DNA of 58,970 nt, counting the filler, from Sphacelaria rigidula (lineage: Eukaryota): assembly GCA_964200075.2 (NCBI GenBank). It is 8 parts of 8 records of this genome, joined end to end, with 100 filler letters (N's around TTAATTAATTAA, not from the genome) between each part and the next. Parts side by side here need not be neighbours in the genome. Positions count along the whole stretch, not along the records: positions 44,305 to 51,587 come from CAXNAA020015637.1; positions 51,688 to 58,970 come from CAXNAA020015638.1; 6 more parts are not named here. The stretch is one strand, 5' to 3'. Positions 48,501 to 58,970 of this stretch are shown here, piece by piece. Made by a program: the position numbers and the translations under genes. Position 1 is the first letter of the stretch; every line of letters begins with the position of its first letter. A model generated the notes under the pieces. That model saw nothing but the letters and a program-made list of their open reading frames with translations. It was not told where the DNA came from and searched no databases.

Positions 48501-51339
48501 CACACGAGAAAAAAAAAAAGAAGCCACACTTGGCGCCCCTCACCTGGTACATTTGTATGGAAGTGATGAGGGTGCATCTGCCCTGCCGGATGATGTCCAC
48601 CGTACCCTTGATGGACGGCAGCTTCGACGTGAAAGGCGCTGCCACACTCGCGTCTCCGATCTGCCGGGGTTCACACCAAAACGTGATAAATTAAAATTTA
48701 TCCACCGATACACACGCGGCGTCAGACCTCAACAAACACGGCACTGTCCTACTACGAGACGGCAACGGCCACCAACCGTGTTTAGCGACAGTTCCGACAT
48801 GGAACATGATGGGAACGGGTACACAGACGGACTAAATGCGAGAATAAAAAAATCAACAAAAACCCGCGATCCGAGTTCGGCAAACGGTACACAGTACCTT
48901 AACCATCGGCACGTCCCCGCCAGCCTCCCCTCCGCCAGCCTCGTCCATCATAGCAGCCATCTTGGCCGCCGACATCTCGATGGTGCCGTGCTTTTTTCGC
49001 TCTGCAACCATTTTCTTGGCCTTCTCGGCGTCCTTCGCGTATATCTCCCTGATAGCCTGTTTAACAAAAAACACAATGATTCCAAAATATAGACATATGA
49101 ATTAGAAACGAAACGCACGGATAAGGATGCGAATCTCCTTCCATGGCGTAACCTGCTGGACAAACTGAACAACACGACAGCGTAAAATACCGCCCCCCGA
49201 CGTCTCCCCGACGTACCCGCACACAGACGGAGTTGCAGCGGGCGACGCTATGGTGCATGAGATAGAAAAAGCATTCAGCGGTGGATTGTACAGTACCTCG
49301 TGTAACATTTTCCACCACAAATGCTGCCAAATACTGTTCACCACAGTTTAGGCACAAAGCAAAGCTTGCACAGAATTGGCACCGCGACTAAACTGTCTCA
49401 GGAGCCGACTTTCACCGATAGCAGTCCAGTACATTCAATAGTGATACAGTGGCATATGCCTAGTGCCATTCAAGCGCGGCGATCGCGCGTCTTCGCTTGA
49501 GGCGCTCGCAACATGACAACACAGCGATGGGCAAAACACAGCCGAACGAATGACACACCATACCGCCATGCGAAACGGCGGAAAGAAGCCACCTTACCTT
49601 TAGACTCGCCCAACTCTCTCCCTGCGCAGTCAGCTCGGCTACACGTCGTTGATACTCCTCCACCTGCGATAAAAAAATGAGCAGCGGGAGAAGGACCGAG
49701 GTCCCTAACAACGCCAGAATAATCACTTGAGTTCACGCCGGAATTACAAACGTTTCGGTCGTACGATGCTCCCCGTCGACGTTTTACAGTCTTACACGGC
49801 CGCGGCATCGATTCGCCTTTGCTTAACCTACGTATCGCTACATGAAGATCGCGCAGCACTCAAGACTGGGCCTGGATAATCGCATGGACATACCGTCAGG
49901 GTCACTGGTGCTTCTGAGGCCATGAGATGATAAAAGTGACCACGAACAACCCTCTGACCGCCCCGGGGTGTCGACCTATGGAATCGATCTCACTATCGCT
50001 CGAAAAAAGACGGCTAGGCTCGGGTGTCCATCTAGGGAATAAAGGAGTAAATGACTGAATGACTCATTTCATGACTCGCGACTGCGACTTTTTCAAAAAA
50101 GCACGTGAATCAGAAACTCAAGTGAATTCTTCAAGGTTGCGTTCCGTAGGGTATGGGATTCCTTCCCGAACTTACAGAGCTTGTCGGGTACGGTATGGGA
50201 GGCTTACAGAAAACCGTACCGGCAATCGGGTATCATATCAAGAACATACCTGTGTCCCCGGTAACGATACGGGAGGCTTACGGAACTCACAGAACTATCG
50301 GGTAAGGGCATGAAAGTCTCACAGAGTTTACAGAACTGTCGGGTACCGGTATGACAGTGTCGGGTACGGTGAATACCCGGGAAAATACCCCGAGTATACA
50401 GAAAACCGTACCCTACAGAACACAACCTTGGAATTTTTCGATACCCCTAGTATTGCGCTCAGGTGCAGTCGACACTTGTCACATGCCACCGCACCTTCTC
50501 TTTCTGCGCCACTGCTCTCCGGCGAGCAATCTCCTTCTTCCTCTCCGCAGGAGTCATCTTCGCCAGGTCTGCATTGCTGCCCGCTGCTGGCGTGGCACTC
50601 CCTGCCCGAGTCATCGTTCCCGCCTTCCCACCCCCATTCTTCATCGCTTTCACGTACAATTCTACCAGATCCTGCCACAGGCGGGATCCAAAAGGATGAC
50701 AAGCACGCGGTCACACATAGAGACACACACGGGTCCAATATCCTGTCCGTCGCTATTTTTAGATCATGCACCACACTGCACACGGGCGATAGTACCCTGT
50801 GTATCTTGGATTAGTCACATTTTGGCCGACTGTCAACAAGCAACATCTGGACTACCAACGCTATTCCCGCGCCGAAAACGTGCAGTACCGTTCAGAAATA
50901 GCACGGAAACATTTGATTCAGCAAAGCATTAACACTGCAGGTAGGTCAGAAAACCTGCGAAATCGGATGGAAAAAAATTGCAGGTCCACCACAGGTATTC
51001 TCGGTTCGATCGGATGTTCAGGTATCTGACCTGGCATATATATATACATATTTCACCTCCCACGCATGAGACACAGGCCACGCCAAGCGGAACCAGCACC
51101 CTGGAAAAATTCGGCGAGAAACATCTACGAACCTTCTTCTCCACGGCTGCGGGGTGCTTGGCAAGGTTTACTCCAGCACTCTTGAGCTTTTGTTTCAGTT
51201 CCGGCACCTTGAGCCTGAGCAGGGCAGATGGCTTGAGCGCCAGCGCCGTAGAGCTACCGTCCTTGCCAGCGGCATCCGCACCCTGATTGTTGCGCTCCAC
51301 GTTGAGGTCGCCGAAACCTCCCAGAAGTGCAACTCCCAC
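45539..51339 (-). CDS. ATP13A1: P5A-type ATPase (Spf1/ATP13A1-like ER transmembrane-helix dislocase); C-terminal nine exons, partial
   Basis: Phase-0 AG/GT exons at 51339-51133, 50671-50495, 49663-49598, 49056-48898, 48660-48544, 47979-47764, 47285-47142, 46431-46300 and 45769-45539. Diagnostic motifs: VGVALL, KIGDASVAAPFTSK, DIIRQGRCTL, ILALNCLISAYSLSVLYLDGVK, F.PNMINS.VFL and F.VN.KGRPFM. Confidence 0.93.
50140..50450 (+). repeat. CGGGTA/ACAGAA-rich repeat element in a P5A intron
   Basis: Repeated 'cagaact.tcgggta' units. The 3' end is shared with 22370-22460. Confidence 0.65.
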
Positions 51340-52121
51340 CTGCAAGTTCATGACGTAAGTTTGGTAGAGATACCGCGACATTTCGTCAATGTCCATGGTT
51401 CATGGAGCATGACACGGAGGGGAGGGTGGGGCAGCGGGATAATCCCATACCACAATGTTTAGTGTGAAGAGGGCTTTCAAAAGACTGCCGAGAAATGAGG
51501 TGACCTGTGACGGTTTAACCCTTAGACCGCGAGATTAGTCTTTCTGGGCCATGCATACTTTTTTTCACTTGAAATTGATGCCGATTCNNNNNNNNNNNNN
51601 NNNNNNNNNNNNNNNNNNNNNNNNNNNNNNNTTAATTAATTAANNNNNNNNNNNNNNNNNNNNNNNNNNNNNNNNNNNNNNNNNNNNCGCAGGAGGCAGC
51701 GGGGCCAGGCCGAACGCGGCAGCGAAAACAAACAAAGAACATCCCCCCCCCCCCCCCCCCCCTCTATTGTAGTATGACTCGTACGTGAACACACACGTAC
51801 AATGCAGGATACCAACTACCGCGGTTTCCCGTGACAGGAGACGAGAGTTTCAGATTCCCGCAGTTCCCGCGACATCTTTATCTTGATGCGTAGGTACCAC
51901 ATCTGTCCGGCCTCGTAACGTCCGTACCGCCATTTTGGGAAACCAGGCACCGGGGTACAGTATAATCCAAACACCTCATCGTACATCCCGCCGCACTGCA
52001 CAGGTACCGCAAACATCGTGCGCCGCGGCGATACCGCGAAAACCAAGTCAATACAAAAGTGAATGGTTATTTTCCAAACACCAGTTCCGAGGCTAGCCCG
52101 GAAATCTGTAGTGTTTGGGTC

Positions 52122-52373
52122 TGTGACGAAATCACGCCGTCACGTTGAGTATGTAGTGATGATCGGATGATGACTTGGGATCTGTAGTGATTATATGATT
52201 ACATGGACACAGGGGTTATACCCTAATGTGGTTTATGGAGCACGTGCCTGTGTGGCGCTCCAGGATAGTAAAAGGTGTTGCGAAGGCTAATAACTGAAAC
52301 CTGAGGCCAGTGGAACTGGCGAGTCCCTCAATAGCATTAGAAGCTGCAGTACTAGCAACCCGCTGGCGTTACA
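52122..52373 (+). repeat. 5' LTR
   Basis: TGTGACG...CGTTACA. Roughly 92% identical to the 3' LTR by manual count. Confidence 0.93.
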
Positions 52374-52709
52374 ATATCGATATTAGTGCTAGTCGTGCTA
52401 GTAGTGCTATCGTTAGTGACTGCTGGAAATTTCTCAGTAGAGAGGAGTCTGGACAGCTTCGGACATATTGCTTCATGGACGCTTGAGAGGGTTCGAGCTG
52501 AGGTAGCTGCAAAGGCGGCTGGCCCGTGATTGATCCAGACTGGAGCCTTGCTGGAGCTGCGTGCAGCGGGAGCTAATAGGACCCCACGGCCGTGTGGTGC
52601 GGCGACGAAGGCAGGTGTGAACTGTAGAGTTCGAGAAGATTCAGAAGTCTTCGATTAGGTCCGCTCGGAAATGCCGACTACAGAAGTACCGACCGAATAG
52701 CCAGCGGAG

Positions 52710-53603
52710 ATGACCGTAACCCCAGTTGTTCTGAGAGAAGAGTTGCGGCCTCCCAGTTACGGGAATGTGTATTCTGAGTGTGCTTCTCGTTCGTTTTACA
52801 CGAAATATGTGGAATATAAGAAGCGGGTGGAACATTCGAATGCCGGGGGTGCGGTAAGGCATCAGGTGGTATCCACGGCGCAACTCGTGCCTACCCCCCT
52901 CCAACGCGTTTTTGTGAGAAGATTCCATGAGAAGAACACAATACCGCCGCCGCAGTTGGCTGCAGCGATCAAGAAGCATGCTGAGCATGCGGCGGGCGCT
53001 GAGGTAGAGCTAACCCAGGCGTCCGCGGTCGTGGCGAAGGCTGTCGCCTTGAACCATATGGAGAAGAACATGCGTGAGAGGGTGGAGCCAATCATGGGAA
53101 AGTTGGAGACATATTTTTCGGAAAATCCCAACGTCGAGATGGTTAATCGTTTCTCTGATGGGAAATATCGTCCAGGGCCCGCTGCGGTGATCACGAAAGC
53201 GATGGTGGAGGGTCTAGCACCGGCGGAATTCAAACAGGCCGTGCTTGTGCAATTACAGCACGAAACCAATTGGAAGTCAGACCCGTACTTAGTTATGGAT
53301 ACCGTGGTGGCTGAGGCTCAGGCATGGCGGAAGATTGAAGTACTCGGGAAATCATCCACTTCGTCGCCGCAGTCTTCGAGCTCGCGTAACCGCGGATCAG
53401 AACCCGCAGGCAGTGCTGCCGCCAACATCACTTGCTTTCAGTGTGGCCAGGTAGTCCGCTACGCACGCAAGTGCCCAACGCCTTCCGAGGGGGAGTCTGG
53501 GCAGACAAGTGCCGCGCGCCCTCGCAATCACAAAGGAGGAAAAGGTAATCGGGGTGGTGGCGGGGGCGGATCCTCCAGCGGTGGAGGTGCGCAGTCGAGT
53601 TCC

Positions 53604-53641
<38 letters not shown>

Positions 53642-53654
53642 GCAGCAGGGGTAG
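52710..53654 (+). pseudogene. gag: Gypsy gag
   Basis: 314-aa ORF with a decayed zinc knuckle (CFQCGQVVRYARKCP) and a poly-Q (CAG) tract at ~53603-53647. Confidence 0.8.
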
Positions 53655-54039
53655 CGGTGTTACCAGGGGTCCGGGTTTAGGTCCGGCTCAGCCGCAGCGG
53701 CTGCTGCTCCGCAACGGACGGTGCGGGTGGGACCGACCACTCTAGTGTCGGGCTCGGTGCCGGCCGGCGGCAGCAGAGCAAGGCGAGACGCCTGCTGCTG
53801 AGCCGGTCGGATTTCAGCTGAAATTTGGATCCGCTGCTGCGTCGGCCGGAGTGCCGCTGCAATTTGGTTCTGCGGGCGGGGCTTCGTACCCGCCGGCGGT
53901 GCCGTTTACCCCAGCGGGGGCGTCTATGCCTGCGTCGCACGCGCAGCCGTGGCGCCAAGTGGGGATCACGACAAATCAGTCGGCGGAGCAGGTGCCGGTC
54001 GAGGATAAATATATATATATATATATTCCTGCAGAGTTA

Positions 54040-57000
54040 TATCTCCCAAATCAACGGGCGCGGGGAGCCATATCGATCAACGCTGTTTTGGATTCAGGCG
54101 CCCATTTCACGAGGTGTCGGTGCTGATTGTGGAGATGCTGGAGCGTCTACTCCCTGGTGAGAAAATCCGCATTCCGTCCTCGCTCGGGGCGCGGCAGGCC
54201 ATCACCGCATCGGGGCAACGTGTAAATGTCACGGAGCGTACGATTCCCCTGCAGTTGGCGTTCAGAATGACCTGGGGGTCAGCGAAATTACCCCCGATAT
54301 CGTTTGCGATCATGCCGGGGATGGATGGTGTCGATCTGTTGGGCTTACCGATGCTTCGGGAACTCGGAGTCAACCGGTATGATCGGCTGTTAGAGTCCCT
54401 ACAAACGCAAATGCCGTCACCCGGTTCGAGTGTCGAGACGCCTGATTTTTTGGCCAGTCGCAGATTGAGCTTGTCGGTTGATGCTCTCCAGGAGGCGGGG
54501 GGGCAGGTGTCCGAGGAGCGTGATGAGGCGGCGGAACGCTCAGTCGAGCGTGGCGCCTATATATTTATGGAGCCGGCAGAAGAGGAGTCCGCGCGAATGG
54601 TTGCGCTGGAGGAAAGCGTGACGGATGCTGTAGCAAATGGCCTCAACGTCTCAAAAGCGGAGCGCCTGCGTAGCATATTGTATCGCCACGTTAACGCGTT
54701 TCGTCGTGCGCTGATGGGTGATCCCCCTGCGCTCGTGGAACCCATGAGGGTTACACTGAAGCCAGGGGCGGCCGCGGTGAAGGCAAAACCGAGGAGGTAT
54801 GATCCGGCAAAGTCCAGTTGGTTAGCTTCTTGCATGGGAGCTCTTGAGGCGTTTGGGTTGGTGTTCAGGGATCAACAGGCGGTGTGGTCCAGTCCAGCGA
54901 TGGCGGTGCCGAAGAAGGACGCTTTCCGTCTTGTCAGCGATTACGGAGCCGTCAATGATCAGGTGGAGAAGTCGCCGGGTGTCATGTCCAATCAGGAATC
55001 CGATATGATAGACCTGTTGAGCGCGCGATGCTTTGGTAAGTTGGACCTCCTACAGGGGTACTGGCAGATGCCGTTGACCGAAGAGGCTCAGGAGATATTC
55101 ACCATCACGACTCCGTTTGGCATGTTTACCCCGCAACGAGTACCGAAAGGCCTGTTGAATGCTACTTCCTTTTTTCAAGGTGTCATGGTGGACCTTTTAG
55201 ATGGCTTGAAATGCAAGATCTGGGTGGATGATGTATTTCTCTTCGCGGATACGGAAGACGAACTGGTGGATACGCTTGATGCAATCTTGGCTCGCTTAGA
55301 GAGTGTTGGTCTGTTTGTAGCGGCCCACAAGTGTACCTTTTTTGCTAGTGAATTAGTGTGGTGTGGGAAAGTATATTTACACGGCGGCGGCTCGCATGAC
55401 CCGGTCAGCTTGCAAGGTTTGTCTGACACGCGGCGTCCAGAAACAGTAGTAGAACTAATGCAATTCCTGCACGCAATGAACTGATTGCGTACCTCGTTGC
55501 CACGTATGGCCGAAGTAGTGGCGCCTTTGCGTGTTTTCCTAGAAGAACTCATGGTGGGGGCTGCAAGGCGCACGAAGCGAGTGGCCAAAAACTGCGTTAT
55601 TCCGCCCGCATCGTGGACGGAGGACAGGCTGCAGGCATGGGCGGAAGCGAAGGATCTGGTGGCTCATGCCGTGACGCTGTTCTATCCCCGCCCCGGTTGC
55701 CAGGTGCTGATGTTTCCGGATGTATCCGGGTGTCATTGGGGTAGTTTTGTAACGCAGGTACCTGATGCAGAAATGCAACAACGGTTGCCGGTTGAAGACA
55801 TGACGCATGAACCGCTGGCCTTTCTTAGTGGTAAGTTGAAGTGTTCACAGATGCGTTGGGCAACCATTGACAAGGAAGGTTTTGCTATCGTGAGCACTTT
55901 TCGTCGTCTCGAGCATCTGTTGTGGAATGGCGTGCACATTTTCATGGATCACCGAAATCTAGCGTACATTTTCAACCCGGAGGCATGCGTGACGTATGTG
56001 TCGAAGGCGTTGGCACAGCGATTGGACGGGTGGAAAGGTGTATTAGGCCAGTATCGGTACACAATTTGTCATATTTTGGGTGAACGTAACGCGTGGGGTG
56101 ACTTGCTGTCGCGCTGGGTAAATCTTCGCACTATGCCCGCGCGAGCTGTGACTGTACCTGGTCCGTGTGAAGCGGATGATTCGATGCCGTCGAAATCTGT
56201 GGTCCGCCAAGCTCAACGGAAAGAACTCGCGGCCACTGATGCGGATGTGCAATCCTTCGAGTCGGATGTTGGTACTGCGATTTTGGACAATGAAGGTTTG
56301 TTTCGTGTGCATGTACGTGGCCGAAACGTGTTGTGGATTCCCAGCTCCGACAAACGATTGCACATACGTTTGATGATTTGTGCCCCCATGCGCGATGCCG
56401 GGCATCGTGGTGTGGCTGCGACGCTCGTGCGCTTGCATGAGTTTTGTGTTTGGCAGGGAAAGGAAACTCAGGTGCGCGAGTTTGTCCGACAGTGTCTTCT
56501 TCACTGTGCTGATTCGAGGGCGGGCGATGTTGTCCCCCGCCCGCTCGATGAAGCGGTCCATGGGACCACGCCGAATGAAGTCGTTCATTTTGACTTCTTG
56601 TACGTGGGCGAGAGTGGCCCGCTAGCTTCCCAAGGTTTGTCGGAGGATGCTGGGTTTCGATACATTTTGGTAATCATGGATGATTTGAGCAAATTTGTGA
56701 CTCTGGAACCAGTAGCAGTGTGTACTGCCAAACCGACCGCTGCATCTTTGCTGAATTGGTGCAAAACTTTGGGGGTACCGCGTGTGTGGGTGAGTGGTAC
56801 CGCCACGCATTTCAAGAACACGATCTTGACCCGCTTGCGAGAGGCATTACACGTTGATCACCGGTTTGCGGTGACATATTCTCCGTGGTCTAACGGCACG
56901 TGCGAACGCGTAGTTAAGGAAGTAGTCCGTGCTCTTCGATCTATTCTTCTCGAGCAGCGTCGAGAGGTGACCGAGTGGGTGGACGTGCTGCCCGCTGTGC

Positions 57001-57760
57001 ATGGGCGCTAAATACAGCATATCGCCGTCGGTACGATAGTACGGCGTATCACGTGATGTTTGGTCGTGCACCTCGGACGTCTTTCTCGGTGTTGGCGTCC
57101 TCATCGGCGGGGGAGTGGAACTGTGATGTCTTGGACGATGCGCAACTGAAGCGTGCGTTGCAAAGAGTTTTGGAGTTGCAGGAAAGTTTCCACGTTCAAG
57201 TTCAGGAGCGTGTTGCCGCTGAACGTGCGCGTAGACGTGAGGGGTCTTCGTCGGGGCTGGAGTTGCCGAATTTCGAGGTAGGCGATTATGTGTTGTATGC
57301 ACGCGTGCGTCGCCAGGGAGTGACACCAAAATTGATGACGATGTGGACTGGTCTGTGGAGGGTGGTTGGTGCTCATCACCCGCACGTGTTTGAGATCCAA
57401 AACATTGTTTCGGGTCCAAAACATTGTTTCGGGTCGTGTTCAAACCGCCCGTGTAGCTCGTCTGCGTTTTTATGCAGACTCACAGCTTAATGTAACGGTA
57501 GACGTGAAGGATGTGTTTTAGCACGCCTTCAACCAGGAGCAATTTCAGATGGCTGCGATTGTTCGCGTGGCAGAGGCAGAGGATCGGTCGTTGATCGTGT
57601 TGGTCGATTGGGTTGGTTTTGAAGTCGAGGAGTGGCGTACGTGGGAGCCTATTAAAAATATTTTTGAGGCCGCTCCGGAATTTCTCAAAAGGAGTTGCGT
57701 AAGGTGCGAGTGACTCGTTCCATTGCTGCTCGCATTACGCGTGAGTTTGGTATCCAGTTG
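54040..57760 (+). pseudogene. pol: Gypsy pol (protease, RT, RNase H, integrase, chromodomain), disrupted
   Basis: AVLDSGA, KLDLLQGYWQ, WVDD, DKEGFAIV, DHRNL, GHRG..CxxC, HFDFL, SNGTCER and chromodomain VLVDWVGFE..TWEP..NI (~57595-57680). Premature stop at 55482-55484, plus further stops and frameshifts. Confidence 0.92.
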
Positions 57761-57842
57761 TGACTTGCTCGATCGTTTTGGCGATATTTTTCTGAGTGTC
57801 AAGCTTGTTGCTCGATTCTCGTCCAACGCGCTTTCGGGGTGC

Positions 57843-58098
57843 TGTGACGAAATCACGCCGTCACATTGAGTATATAGTGATGATCGGATGATGACTTGGG
57901 ATCTGTAGTGATGATATGGATGATGACATGGACACAGGGGTGATACCCTGATGTGGTTTATGGAGCATATGCCTGTGTGGCACTCCAGGATAATAAAAGG
58001 TGTTGTGAAGGCTAACAACTGAAACCTGAGGCCAGTGGAACTGGGGAGTCTCTCAACAGCATTAGACGCTGCAGTACTAGCAACCTGCTGCCGTCACA
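57843..58098 (+). repeat. 3' LTR
   Basis: TGTGACG...CGTCACA, followed by the TSD GGTC. Confidence 0.93.
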
Positions 58099-58140
58099 GG
58101 TCTTGAACGTCGAGTGAGGAAGCCATCGCAGGACATGATG

Positions 58141-58440
58141 GCCGCCGCGCCCCGGCGGTGTAATGGTCCGACTGTCGCCATTAGGGTGGAGAGAACGAGG
58201 GTTCGATTCCCGATGCGTTGGGTTTTTTCTTCGTGATGTCTGATTTCCACCGTGGAAAGCGTGAGGACGTGAGTACACAAAGTAGTTGACTGAGTTTGTT
58301 TGACGAGAGTTGACGCGGAGCGGGGGGGCTGACCCAATCTGCGAGACCAAACTGCAAGGCGTGTACCAGGGAGAGATGGGTTAATTCCTTGAGACCACGG
58401 ACTCGTCCCGAGGAAGGGGGAAGGGTTCAAAGTGCGACAA
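58141..58440 (+). mobile_element. tRNA-derived SINE, family A
   Basis: Full-length match to 1494-1839. Confidence 0.82.
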
Positions 58441-58823
58441 CCGAATCATGAATATAATAATAAAAAATAAGTATACGTTCCGAAGGGCGTGAAATGGCGT
58501 AGTACATGAGACTGCACACATTTTCCCCGAAATGCAGAAAAAGTTTGTCGTTCGAACGACTGCGAGTCGGCACCGAAAGAGGTATATGCTCATGACGTCT
58601 CGCGCCGTAAGTGTCAGCACTGCGGACACCCAGTTCAGGACACTCGAGCAAGAACTCAGCCATTTTGATTTTAGTAAATCAATCCCATCCTCCCCCAACT
58701 AACTGCAGCCATCACGGCTGAATGCGCAAAAACACTTGAAGTTTTCGAATGAGTGAACGGTCGACGAGACCACCCGGGCCACTCCGGGGCGGTTGTATGT
58801 TAATAGGTGACCTAAATTGTATA

Positions 58824-58970
58824 TTATACATTCTTGGTGCCGCTCGGGATGTTGCTCTGGAGGCACTCTCTCCGCTCAATCGAGTAGTACTCTTCATGAT
58901 TACCACGAGCTGGTTCAAACAGCCAATCATCTATGTTGAGGATGGTGCTTTTGATTGAGGATGAGAACCC
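58824..58970 (-). CDS. Possible coding exon of an unknown gene, running off the window edge
   Basis: Open frame from the window end: GFSSSIKSTILNIDDWLFEPARGNHEEYYSIERRECLQSNIPSGTKNV*. Protein-like composition is the only support. Confidence 0.3.
   Translation of the reverse strand, partial: GFSSSIKSTILNIDDWLFEPARGNHEEYYSIERRECLQSNIPSGTKNV

Larger units (their letters stand above)
52122..58098 (+). mobile_element. Full-length degenerate Ty3/Gypsy chromovirus-type LTR retrotransposon
   Basis: TG...CA LTRs at 52122-52373 and 57843-58098, 4-bp TSD GGTC, and domain order gag-PR-RT-RNase H-INT-chromodomain. Confidence 0.95.

Noticed and set aside
48370-49092. 240-aa plus-strand ORF
   Set aside because: Antisense shadow of P5A-ATPase exons.

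Overview
Eukaryotic, intron-rich, repeat-rich DNA. The mannuronan C5-epimerase-like gene, the stramenopile-type retroelements and TTAGGG-type motifs point to a brown alga (Phaeophyceae). The window is not one contiguous locus: it is eight ~7.28-kb pieces joined by identical 100-bp spacers (N44-TTAATTAATTAA-N44), so neighbourhoods across spacers mean nothing. Spliced genes reconstructed by hand: two exons of a class II-like PRPP synthetase (-), two exons of an acidic protein ending at a possible GYF domain (+), six exons of a secreted mannuronan C5-epimerase (ManC5-E)-family gene (-), a FYVE zinc-finger exon (-) and nine exons of a P5A-ATPase (Spf1/ATP13A1-like, -). Mobile DNA includes a full-length but decayed Ty3/Gypsy chromovirus (both LTRs, 4-bp TSD), a decayed Ty1/Copia, a decayed RTE-like LINE, two multi-copy tRNA-derived SINE families and several MITE or foldback elements. 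The most notable observation is that the ManC5-E homologue splices cleanly, yet its catalytic YGFDPHDD motif is replaced by RGIYAEE, suggesting a non-catalytic or neofunctionalised alginate-binding protein. Most ORFs in the supplied track are spurious. All family assignments are from recalled motifs, not database searches.
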